Origin: Octopus sinensis
Taxonomy: Eukaryota
Reading direction: 5' to 3'
NCBI RefSeq assembly: GCF_006345805.1
Contig: NC_043017.1
Location: 26,722,001 to 26,786,000 of the forward strand
DNA length: 64,000 bases
The translations under genes were made by a program, and so were the position numbers. The notes beneath the pieces were generated by a model. The model was not told where the DNA came from and did not search any database. It saw only the letters and a list, made by a program, of their open reading frames with translations. Below are positions 53,729 to 64,000 of this stretch, piece after piece. Within the stretch, counting starts at the first letter, position 1; every line of letters starts with the position of its first letter.

Positions 53729-54315
53729 AAGGCAGCGACCTGACAAATTTTACGTTTTGAATTCACCGGTTGCTGAAGTCGATTTTGATTTTCGTCCATT
53801 CAGAGTCGATACAATAAATACCAGTTGCATACTGGGACTTTGCGTCCCCAAAGTCCATCCTTTCCTCATCGTGGTGGGGACGCTGGCAGCGGGTAGTGTC
53901 AGAGCTATGCCGTCGGGAACTTCCGTTCCTGGTAGGGCCACCCAAGGTGGATTGGTCTGACACTGAGTGGTATTAGGGCCACAACCCGGCAGACGGGGCT
54001 CTGGTGAAAATCCTCGGAGTGTCTATTTCGGCAACTGGCGGCTCCTCGGTTGTTCTCTCCCTGCGTCTGCGGCCAATCTGCGGCAAACAGGATGTCTCTA
54101 CATGCGGGATTGTTGGGAACCGCTTGTGAAATCCACATATTCCCACGAAAATTCTTCCATGAATTCTCAGTGGCGAATGCCTCGAGGGTGGTAGAAGAAG
54201 ATGACTCTACCCGCCCAGGGTGAATGTCGCCACAAGTACAAATACTGGGTTCGATACGATCGACTTCCCCCTAGCCCGTATTTGCTAGCATTATGTCAAA
54301 ATTTCAAATCAATGC
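53729..54315 (+). mobile_element. Old Meta-domain-like SINE, split by an insertion
   Basis: aaggcagcgacc..gtcgattttgattttcgtccattcagagtcgatacaataaataccag|...|tactgggttcgatacgatcgac. Confidence 0.7.
53837..54241 (+). mobile_element. GC-rich 405-bp non-autonomous element resembling an RTE 5' UTR, 8-bp TSD
   Basis: TSD atactggg at 53829-53836 and 54242-54249. The motif agagctatgcc..cctggtagggccaccca recalls RTE 5' UTRs. Tail caagtacaa. Confidence 0.65.
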
Positions 54316-54926
54316 TTTTGCGTGAATGTGAGTCAAATACTGTACTCGCTCAAACCGGAGAAATAAAAACAACAATAAATATAATGAAATAAATCTTTGC
54401 GGAAAAGTGACAGAATTTATGGTATCTGCAGTATAATTTGACGCCATTTTCAATACATTTTCGGAGTTTTAATAAAATGCGATAAAAAATACACCCAAAA
54501 ACCAGAAACTACTTAAGAAAATTATATCTTTCAAACTCGTATGTACAGGCATATCATCAAGTTATAGGAATTGCTCTTGAAATCTTTTATCGCGACTGCA
54601 ATTATTTCTTAAATTCTGCATGAACATTTGTCTACTCCATAAAATTAAGTAACTGAAATAATTATGTAAAGAATAAAATGACACAAACTTCCTTTGAAGA
54701 GTTTTGAAAACCACTTAAATAAAAAGAAAACAGAAAATTATTTTAATTTAAGTCTGATCGATTTTAGTTTCTCCTTATTTTACTTTATTTCCAATCAGAT
54801 CCTATTACTTCTCAACAAATCGCAATCATTCTCTACTTTGAATCGTGCGCTGCGGTACACATATTGAGAAAAACATACACACACGCATAACAATATTTAT
54901 ATACATACATACACACACATATGTAT

Positions 54927-54962
<36 letters not shown>

Positions 54963-55997
54963 CTTGGATACGACAAAAATTTGGAATGATTAAAGAAATT
55001 CGGGCGAAATTTGTTTTCACATAAAAATCGTTGAAAATAAAATAAGGCAAAAGTTACCGTTAAATGTGACTAAATTCATTGAACTTTTTATTCTTTGTGG
55101 GGACCATTATAATTTATACCAGTAGTTCTTTGATTTTTATAGATTTTTTTTCCATATATCTCTTGAAGAATATAATGTTGAAGTGTCTGTTGAGTAGTTT
55201 CGGTATTGCGTGCATTAGATATTTCGCAAAGTTCATTTTAATCTTCTTTTTCAAATGTATTCGGTTGTGTTTTTCTGTAAGACATTAATTTCACTTAGTA
55301 GATGCATGATGACTTACCAAATTTGTTTGCAAATGTTCTCATGCTTTGGTAAAATTTAATCAACTGCATTCAGTAGTAACTTTTATAATTTTTGTCTTTA
55401 ATATTACGGTCGGTATTGTTGGTCTTTCAATTTTCTACGGGAAAACAGAAATCAATGAGTTTCAATATGTTTATTAAAGTGTATTATCCTGATAATGAGG
55501 TCCACTTTGATGGTGCAAGTAGGAAGGATAAGAGTATCGTTATGTTGACCATCATATAGCGGAGGCTGAGGAGAATGATATTGTTATGCAGGTGTGGGTG
55601 GCGCATAAATCTAGGACTCAAATTTACTTGAGAAAAACACAAGCTTGTTCGTGTCTAGTGAAGGTCTCTGTCTATATAGTAATCTTCTTGTTCGTTCGCT
55701 TATGTATTAGCTGATTAGAGGGATGGAGGTAGAGTGAGTGAGAGGCGGAGTAACAATCAGTAAGAGAGAGAGAGAGAGGATGAGAGTGAAGAAAGAACTG
55801 AGGAAGATGTAGAGAAATTTGGTTGATATTAATACGCTTAGGTTAAATGGCCACGTGGTCAGCTGAAAGTAAAGGCGAAAAAAGAGGAAGAGAGAAGTGT
55901 TAACAACTTCAGTGGGGTGGGGGATGAATACGTATTACAGAGTTAAAATGTTAGCTGAAGGGAAACGTAGATACAGAGAAATGGACAGGAGAGACAG

Positions 55998-56041
<44 letters not shown>

Positions 56042-56994
56042 GCCTCCTCTATATTGAGAGAGAGAGGCACATAGCGACGGTGATAGTCGTTGTGGTGTGT
56101 TCAAATTGAAAAGTATCTTTTTTCTATTGAAATAATTGTTTTTTCGAGCAACCATCGCTATACGCATATGTGCGATTATTTCTCATCTACTCGCCTAAAA
56201 AATTGATAGTTGTTTATGAGGGTTAACTTATACTAAACTCTGAATTCGCAAGAAACATGACTGCAAGCTATCCGAGAGAGGATGTAGAGACATAGAGTAT
56301 GGATCAAAGAGGAACAGCGAGAAAATATAAGAATACGAAAAAGTCAAAACCGAGGAAGACGTGAGGAAATGAACGTAGACGAGCGTCAATAATATTTCAA
56401 GAAAACTAAACGATGAATGCTATAAAGATGGAAATCATCCTTTCTTACTTAAACAGGTCGTCTGTATTCTTTCCACGGGTCCCATTAGTCATACGATAAT
56501 TTTTTGTACTGTCCCAATATTGTTATCACAAATAAAGTAAAAATTTATAAACGAATTTAATCTGAACGATAAAATATGAGTCAAATGCTCATGAGAAATT
56601 AATTCGAAATTTTGAAATGTGTACTCAACCTGACAATATTAGCATCAGCGGCGAAGGAATTACATGGTGAAACTTTATGCCTTTTTCTAAGGAAATTAGC
56701 TAAGATAATAGAGACATACACATCAATGAAAACTATAAGAAAGAGAGAAGCGTATAAATAGTGAGAACCAGGTGGTAAACAATAGCTAAACATACAGCTA
56801 GAGTATACACAAATATCAGCAGAATCTAACGGTAGAGATATATGATCCTAATAATCTGAACTGCAACCAGTTTGCAAAAAGAACACGACAGTACAAGAGA
56901 ATAAAGAGTTATTACGTGTTGATACTGAGAACAAACACAGATCCAAGTTATTCATGCAAGACTATGAAATAGAAGCAGTTTGCCAATAACTTAT

Positions 56995-57105
56995 ACGGGG
57001 TGCTGAAAAGTTCACAAGGATTAGTTTATTGTGATTTTATTCAAGATATTCACCTCACAGATTCACACACGTATTGCAGTGGTCTTTTAATCTTCGCGAA
57101 CCAGG
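56995..57105 (-). mobile_element. mariner 3' end (transposase C-terminal relic and TIR)
   Basis: Minus strand reads LKDHCNTCVNL*GEYLE*, then ttttcagcaccccgtata. Confidence 0.6.
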
Positions 57106-57845
57106 CCTTTCGTGATTACCTTAGAGCCAAGATATTTTCAGCAGCCTTTCCTAGTGTAGTAAAGGAAGAAAGGCACATAATATAGATATACAATTATTTC
57201 AATAGTAGTACAAATCTTGACTGTTTAGGCTAAACAAATCTGAACGTAATTTTCTGTCACAAGGGAAAATGATATCTTAAATCTTGGGTTATCTCTCTAA
57301 TGTGATGGATATTCGTGCAGAAATCACCCAAAAGGAGATCTGAACAAAGGGAATTAAATTATTGGAAATCGTAAAACAGCAATTCAGATTTAATCAATGG
57401 TGAATTACCATATGAAAGACGAGAACTGATGGTTTATAGGTTACACATAGTTTTCAACAAAAGTGGCACCAAAAATAGGTTTCCGTGTTTTGGGTGGTAC
57501 ACCTGTAAAAAAAATGCTATACGCAAAACTTTGACAACTACATGATGATTCTTCTTTTAAGGACACGGAGATCTCTGCGGCAGAATTATCCTTCAGATGA
57601 AGAAGTAGGAAGTGAGTAAGTTACTAACGAGTGCGGGGATTAATTTCGGTTTAGATTTAGAAGAAGCAGAGTTAATGCCACATTTCTTGACAGGCAGAGG
57701 AGCGAAGGAGATAAAATAATATTACATTTCAGCTTTATCTTCTTCAAATCTGATTTCCAATAGATTAGGTTAAATTCCAAACAGTCGTATATTTCTATTG
57801 ATCACAGACCGTAAAATTCTCAATATACAGGCACTCTGACTATAT

Positions 57846-58229
57846 GGATGGAAGCACTCCGTCGGTTACGACGACGAGGGTTCCGGTTGATCCGAATCAA
57901 CGGAACAGCCTGCTCGTGAAATTAACGTGTAAGTGGCTGAGCACTCCACAGACACGTGTACCCTTAACGTAGTTCTCGGGGATTTTCAGCGTGACACAGA
58001 GAGTGACAAGGCCGGCCCTTTGAAATACAGGTACAACAGAAACAGGAAGTAAGAGTGAGAGAAAGTTGTGAAAGAGTATAGCAGGGATCACCACCATCCC
58101 CTGGGGGAGACTCGTGGAGCTTTAGGTGTTTTCGCTCATTAAACACTCACAACGTCCGGTCTGGGAATCGAAACCACGATCCTATGACCGCGAGTCCGCT
58201 GCCCTAACCACTGTGCCATTGCACCTCCA
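57846..58229 (-). mobile_element. SINE family 2 with 10-bp TSD
   Basis: TSD ctgactatat at 57836-57845 and 58230-58239. Confidence 0.92.
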
Positions 58230-58398
58230 CTGACTATATACATCTCAAAATAATACTACGTTGTCCCTCTATATATTGCATTGTTTACACCTCGAGATAT
58301 TTTACTCAGTTCAATTACATAGGTATGCGTGTGTGCTTCTGAGAATGTGCGTGTGTGAGTGTGTTAAAACGTGTAACTGTTTGTGATTGTGTTGCATA

Positions 58399-58642
58399 TA
58401 CTCTTTACTCTTTTACTCTTTTTTTTGTTTCAGTCATTTGACTGCGGCCATGCTGGAGCGCCACCTTTTTAGTCGAGCAAATCGACCCCAGGACTTATTC
58501 TTTGTAAGCTTAGTACTTATTCTATCGGTCTCTTTTGCCGAACCGCTAGGTGACGGGGACGTAAACACACCAGCATTGGTTGTCAAGCGATGTCTCGGGT
58601 ACAAACACAGACACACAAACATATACACATACACATACATAC

Positions 58643-58674
<32 letters not shown>

Positions 58675-58676
58675 GT

Positions 58677-58732
<56 letters not shown>

Positions 58733-58739
58733 TTATATT

Positions 58740-58770
<31 letters not shown>

Positions 58771-58953
58771 TACATATATATACATATATACGATGGGCTT
58801 CTTTCAGTTTCCGTCTACCAAATCCACTCACAAGGCTTTGGTCGGCTCGAGGCTATAGTAGAAGACACTTGCTCAAAGTGCCACGCAGTGGGACTGAATC
58901 CGGAACCATGTGGTTCGTAAGCAAGCTACTTACCACACAGCTACTCCCACGCC
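58399..58953 (-). mobile_element. SINE family 1 with an expanded internal (TA)n
   Basis: Reverse-complement match; internal microsatellite of about 160 bp. Confidence 0.9.
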
Positions 58954-59962
58954 GAAATATAGCATATAAGATATATATATTGTCAAAGGATATATCATTT
59001 TACAATTTCATATAATTTCAAATAATTTCATTTGATATTTTATATGAGTTAACGATACCGCAGAAGGAAATATGCAATTTAAATTAAGTAATGACACATT
59101 TTTGCTTGAAGTAACGTTCTGCGAATCTCCACATATGCTTTGAGTTTCAATAAATCTGCAACTGCATAAAGAACATTTTACTGCAAGAATGGCCTGCAGT
59201 ACTTTTGTTTGTTAATATTGGAAGAGCAGTATTGCTTTGTTATTTAACTTCTCTCTCTATTTTCTAGTTCTCCGTTGTCAAGTCTGACGTCGTCCAATTG
59301 TGTCAAATTTCTTGTTGCTTCTTCTTCAGCAGCTAGATGTATTACTTTTCATTCACATTAGCATTTGCTCATTATTTATTTTATTCCGTATAGATACGTC
59401 GGTGTGTCGGTCTTTCTCTGTAGAATGTCTTTGAAATAAGCTTTCTATTATCAATATTGAATTGTGAAGACGAACATCCTTTTCAAACATATTTACAGAA
59501 TAGCTTCTGCACATGACAGCTGAATTCAATATTAAGTTACATATTGATGATACATATGCAGTAGGAAGAAAAGCTAGCACTTTCGCCATAAACTTAAAAC
59601 TGTAAAATAAGAGGGGATCTTTAGCTGTCAAAACACCAATCTTCCATTCAATAGCGCATTATATTAAAGACATCTATCATTGTAAAGCTAGGAATTTTTG
59701 AAATATTCCAATTCAAGGATGTGGTTGATAGAAGGAACGTAACATATAATGTCCAACAAATGACTTTGTTCAATGCGGACGACACGCGATTAGCTTACAA
59801 AAAACCTGACTACACTATAGATGTAATAGCAATGTAAAACGGAATTTTCATAACAGTTTACAATACCACGAATGCATAAATACAAAGGAATGGCAAAAGT
59901 TATTGATTTCTTTCATAGACACAGTGATAAAAACTAGAAATATATTTTTTTTATCAATATAT

Positions 59963-60369
59963 ATTTCTTTAATGCCCAGAAGGAGCTAAACATAGAGGGG
60001 ACAAACAAGGACAGACAAAGGGATTAAGTCGATTACATCGACCCCAGCGCGAAACTGCTACTTTATTCATCGACCCCGAAAAGATGAAAGGTAAAGTCGA
60101 CCTAGGCGGAATTTGAACTCTGAACATAACGACAGACGAAATACCTATTTCGGGGCTAAACACAGAAAGGACAAACAAGGACAGACAAAGGGATTAAGTC
60201 GATTACATCGACCCCAGTGCGTAACTGGTACTTAATTTATCGATCCCGAAAGGATGAAAGGTAAAGTCGACCTCGGCGGAATTTGAACTCTGAACCTAAC
60301 GACAGACGAAATACCGCTAAGCATTTCGCCCGGCGTGCTAACATTTCTGCCAGCTCGCCACCTTTTGTC
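59963..60369 (-). mobile_element. SINE family 3 (Meta-domain-like) with a duplicated body and 12-bp TSD
   Basis: One head and two bodies joined at aaataggtatttcgtctg. TSD ttatcaatatat at 59951-59962 and 60370-60381. Confidence 0.88.
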
Positions 60370-60392
60370 TTATCAATATATTCGATGATTGT

Positions 60393-60776
60393 GGAGGCGC
60401 AATGGCCCAGTGGTTAGGGCAGCGGACTCGCGGTCATAGAATCACGGTTTCAATTCCCAGACCGGTCGTTGTGAGTGTTTATTGAGCGAAAACAGTTAAA
60501 AGTTCCACGAGGCTCCGGCAGGGGATGGTGGTGATCCCTGCTGTACACTTTCACCACAACTTTCTCTCACTCTTACTTCCTGTTTCTGTTGTACCTGTAT
60601 TTCAAAGGGCCGGCCTTGTCACTCTCTGTGTCACGCTGAATATCCCCGAGAACTACGTTAAGGGTACACGTGTCTGTGGAGTGCTCAGCCACTTACACGT
60701 TAATTTCACGAGCAGGCTGTCCCGTTGATTCGGATCAACCGGAACCCTCGTCATCGTAACCGACGGAGTGCTTCCA
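60393..60776 (+). mobile_element. SINE family 2 with 15-bp TSD
   Basis: TSD atatattcgatgatt at 60376-60390 and 60780-60794. Confidence 0.92.
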
Positions 60777-61096
60777 TATATATATTCGATGATTCTACTT
60801 AACTGCCACAGGTGGTAAATGGCAAATACTACAGCATTTCAAATGAATTAAAGCAGGTTATCGTAACTCGGTACATGCAAAAATGCTCTTGGTTTCGTAC
60901 AGTAAGTTTTTTTAATCACAGTACACAATCTAGTACTTATTATAAGGGTCCTTGGTGATAAATACGAATCGCGCAACGTAAAGAGCGGTAAATATACGTA
61001 AGATATTTTGTAATACAGTTCTATATTTAAGTGATGAAAAATTTCGAACCTGTATTCTCATTTCCTCAGGTATTTTTCGATGTTGTTGTTATCATT

Positions 61097-61101
61097 GTTA
61101 A

Positions 61102-61139
<38 letters not shown>

Positions 61140-63214
61140 TATGTTTGACTTTTGCTTTATATTTGTACAAGTTGGCTCCAAGTCTCACCCAGAGACCTCA
61201 AGAGACAACAGGGTTGGAAGTTCATGTTGTTGTTATGCCTAGTGTGCCATATATTTGGGGGTGGGGATGTTGTTGTACAATGAAGTCTAAAAAAAAAAAG
61301 TTTTTTTTTTTTTTTTTAAACCGAAAATTATGGTTGTTTTAAACCTTGAGGTTACATAGAGAGTATTTTGCGTAGGATATGAGCAGTTCCCATGAGCACT
61401 ATCTTTTGAACTTCTGCCATTTTTGGGTTTCCTGGTATATGAGTTAGGTAGCTATCAGCCCCTTTTGCTATCATTCCAGGGCACCTATGACAACAGGTAT
61501 GTTTTAGTCTTCAGCTCCACATTTTGCTGATTTCTATTTCAAGATCTTTATATTTGCTCAGTTTTGGTAGGTCCTGACAGATACGTTTATATCGATTGGG
61601 ACAGTCATATCAATGAGGAGGCATGTTCTTTGTTTGAAGTCTTTCAATATGATGTCTGGCCTATTTGCATCTATCTTCCTGTCAGTTTGAATGGTGAAGT
61701 TTCCAGAGAGTGAGATGTGGTCATTTTCAAGCACTGGGGGTGGTTTGTGTTCCCACCAGTTTTTTTCATGGGGCAAATCCAGGTTTTTACAGATTACCCA
61801 GTGAAATATTGTGCAGCTCTATCGTGCTTGTTAGATACTCTGTAGGCGCTAGAAGACTGCACTTGGAGACCACATGGTCAATGGTTCATTTGTTGCTTGC
61901 ATACACGACACGTTGGACTGCTTCTGTTTAATATGTTGGCCTGGTAGTTTCTTGTTGGTAGGCATTGATCTTGAGCTGCTATGATATACCCCTCTGTTTC
62001 AGATTTTAAGCCAGAGGCCATTAGCCATTGATGGGTCAGGGCTTTGTCGATATCTGCATTATTCGCTCTCTTGGGTATTTGCCGTAGAGAGGGTTTTTCT
62101 TGCCATTATTATTCAGAATATCTAAGGCCGCAGTTTTGGCACGGGTTTCATGCGCCTAGCTTTTTCTGTGCTTGTTTCTTGTATGTCTATCTCTAATTCC
62201 GAAATTGGTTGTATTCGGAATTCACTTAGATATTCCTGCCTGTTTTGTGACTGAGTATGATGCTTTCTTGTTTCATGTTTTGAGACAAGTTTTAACATCC
62301 AGTCCTCAGAGTTTTTCAGGTAGGTGTCTAGGCCAATTGTAGCAATCTTCATTGTTATTGCCAGTTGCAAAAGACCACGGCCTCCCTCTTTTCTTGGCAG
62401 ATAGAGTCGTTCTGTATCTGCTTTAGGGTGGTGCATTCTATGCATTGTCAACAGTTTCCTTATTTTTCTGTCGAGCGACATATTTCAGTAATTGACCAGT
62501 TAACAATATTGAAACTGTAAGTCACGACTGGTATAGCTAATGCATTGATTGCTTCGATCCTGTTTCTTGCATTCAGCTCTGTCTTGAGTATTGCTCTCAC
62601 TCTTCGATAGTATTCTCTCTGATCCTTTCCTTCATCTCTGAATGCCTTATTCCGTTCCTTCAATTACCCCTAGGTACTTGTAGTCTTCCGCGGGTCTAGT
62701 TCTTTTATGACATTCTGTTGGTCAAGGTTAACGTTAGATGTTTCTGTCATTTTTCCTTTGATAAAGGTAGCCTTTGCACATTTATCGAGGCCGAATTGCA
62801 TTCTGATGTCGTCACTGAATTGTTTGACTATCGCTAGTAAGCCCTGAGTTGTTGATCATTTTTTGCAAAAAGCTTTAAATCATCCATGTAAACGAGATGA
62901 TTTATATTTTTATCAAACATTTTATACCCGTACGGCGTCATTGAGCAGCTTGAGAGAGGTATTAAGGATAAACAGAAGAGGAGTGGTGACAGTGAGTCAC
63001 CCTGGAAAATGCCACACGAAATTTTTACATCACCAGCATTTAGGGATTCACTGTCACTGTTCAGAGTTAGTGTGGTTCTCCATGATCTCATACTTACAGC
63101 CAAGAAGTTTCGCAGAGTTGGTGCTTCTTATACATTCAAGGCATTTCCTAATCCAGCTATGTGGTAGGCTATCAAAAGCCTTTTTATAGTCTATCCAGGC
63201 TATTGATAAGTTTT
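61097..63214 (-). mobile_element. R4/Dong-clade RLE LINE, 5'-truncated, frameshifted, inserted in (TAA)n
   Basis: RT motifs IDYKKAFDSLPHSW, GIFQGDSLSPLLF and YMDDLKL; HPKADTERLYLPRKEGGRGL; RLE motif RPDIIL..IDMTVP; C-terminus GTAHILRKIL*. (TAA)n on both sides. Confidence 0.92.
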
Positions 63215-63218
63215 ATTA

Positions 63219-63274
<56 letters not shown>

Positions 63275-63345
63275 AATAATAATAGTAATAATAATAATAA
63301 CAACAACAATAATAATAATAACAACAACATCGAAAGATAATAATA
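63212..63345. repeat. (ATT)n joined directly to (AAT)n/(AAC)n
   Basis: The orientation flips at about 63271. Confidence 0.9.
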
Positions 63346-63346
63346 A

Positions 63347-63490
63347 TATTCAGTTCACTGCCTGGAATCGAACTCGGAATCTTTGGGTTTGTATCCTGCG
63401 CTCTTAACCACTACGCGAGCTACTAACCCCAAGTTACCGAGTTCGGTTCCAGGCAGTGACATGAATAATGATAATAATAATAATAATAAT

Positions 63491-63530
<40 letters not shown>

Positions 63531-63730
63531 TAAGTATAATAATAATAATAAGAAGAAGAAGAACAACAACAACATCAACAGCCACAACAACATCTAAGAA
63601 TAACTAAGGAAAGAGAAACCCGGTTCGAAATTTCCCCAAGACACCTGATGAAGGCTGGAGGGAATATCAGCCGAAACGCTGTGTTAACAATAAACAGAAT
63701 GAGGACAAATATCCGTCATATCTACATAAT
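63347..63730 (+). mobile_element. tRNA-head / (TAA)n / hammerhead chimeric element with an inverted head copy
   Basis: Minus-strand tRNA-like head 63355-63417 (tagtggttaa A-box, gagttcgattcc B-box), forward partial head 63418-63467, (TAA)n spacer, then the HHR-bearing tail. Confidence 0.65.
63640..63685 (+). ncRNA. Minimal type I hammerhead motif, cleavage-site U replaced by C
   Basis: GACAC-CTGATGA-A-GGCTG-gagggaatat-CAGCC-GAAA-CG-C-T-GTGTT. Stems I and II and the core are intact; position 16.1 (63679) is C instead of U. Confidence 0.6.
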
Positions 63731-64000
63731 ATAAATAAAGTTATTTTGTCTATTTCCTTTTGATTCTGCTGACAACCATACTTTATATCTTCATGATGGT
63801 AATGTAATCGATTAATATTTACAGCGAAACAATGACATCAAATTTTTATCGTTGCATGTGCAAAATATTATTACTTAGAAGCGAGTGAAATATATATATA
63901 TACATACTTTATTGAAAAGCAGCAGAAATATAACAAAAAACTGTTACTCGGAGTTTTACATTCCCGTTCGTCGGACAGTTTTGTTAAAATAGAACAAAAC

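Noticed and set aside
59240-59631. 92-aa minus-strand ORF and an adjacent acidic frame
   Set aside because: No motif was recognised, and the frames are separated by stops.

Overview
This is an AT-rich, repeat-saturated eukaryotic window. Its SINE/LINE families and (TA)n/(CTAT)n/(TAA)n load look like an octopod cephalopod genome (inference). No intact protein-coding gene can be named. Almost every ORF in the track is a microsatellite artefact or a transposon remnant. Supported content: three tRNA-headed SINE families (about 20 copies, several with TSDs), a CR1-group LINE fragment, an RTE 3' end, R4/Dong-type RLE LINE pieces in (TAA)n tracts, a 395-bp Helitron, mariner and pogo-like MITE pieces, a 35/36-bp minisatellite, two local duplications and a 100-N gap. 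The main unexplained signal is a set of short, mutually unrelated elements embedded in microsatellites. They combine long fold-back inverted repeats with hammerhead-ribozyme (HHR) or HHR-like motifs. One has an intact core and a GUC site, one has a variant core, and one is fused to a tRNA-type Pol III head. Together they suggest a Penelope-like or retrozyme-like non-autonomous system. Several small exon candidates, including a 9-nt microexon with a UGC motif, hint at unidentified intron-rich genes.
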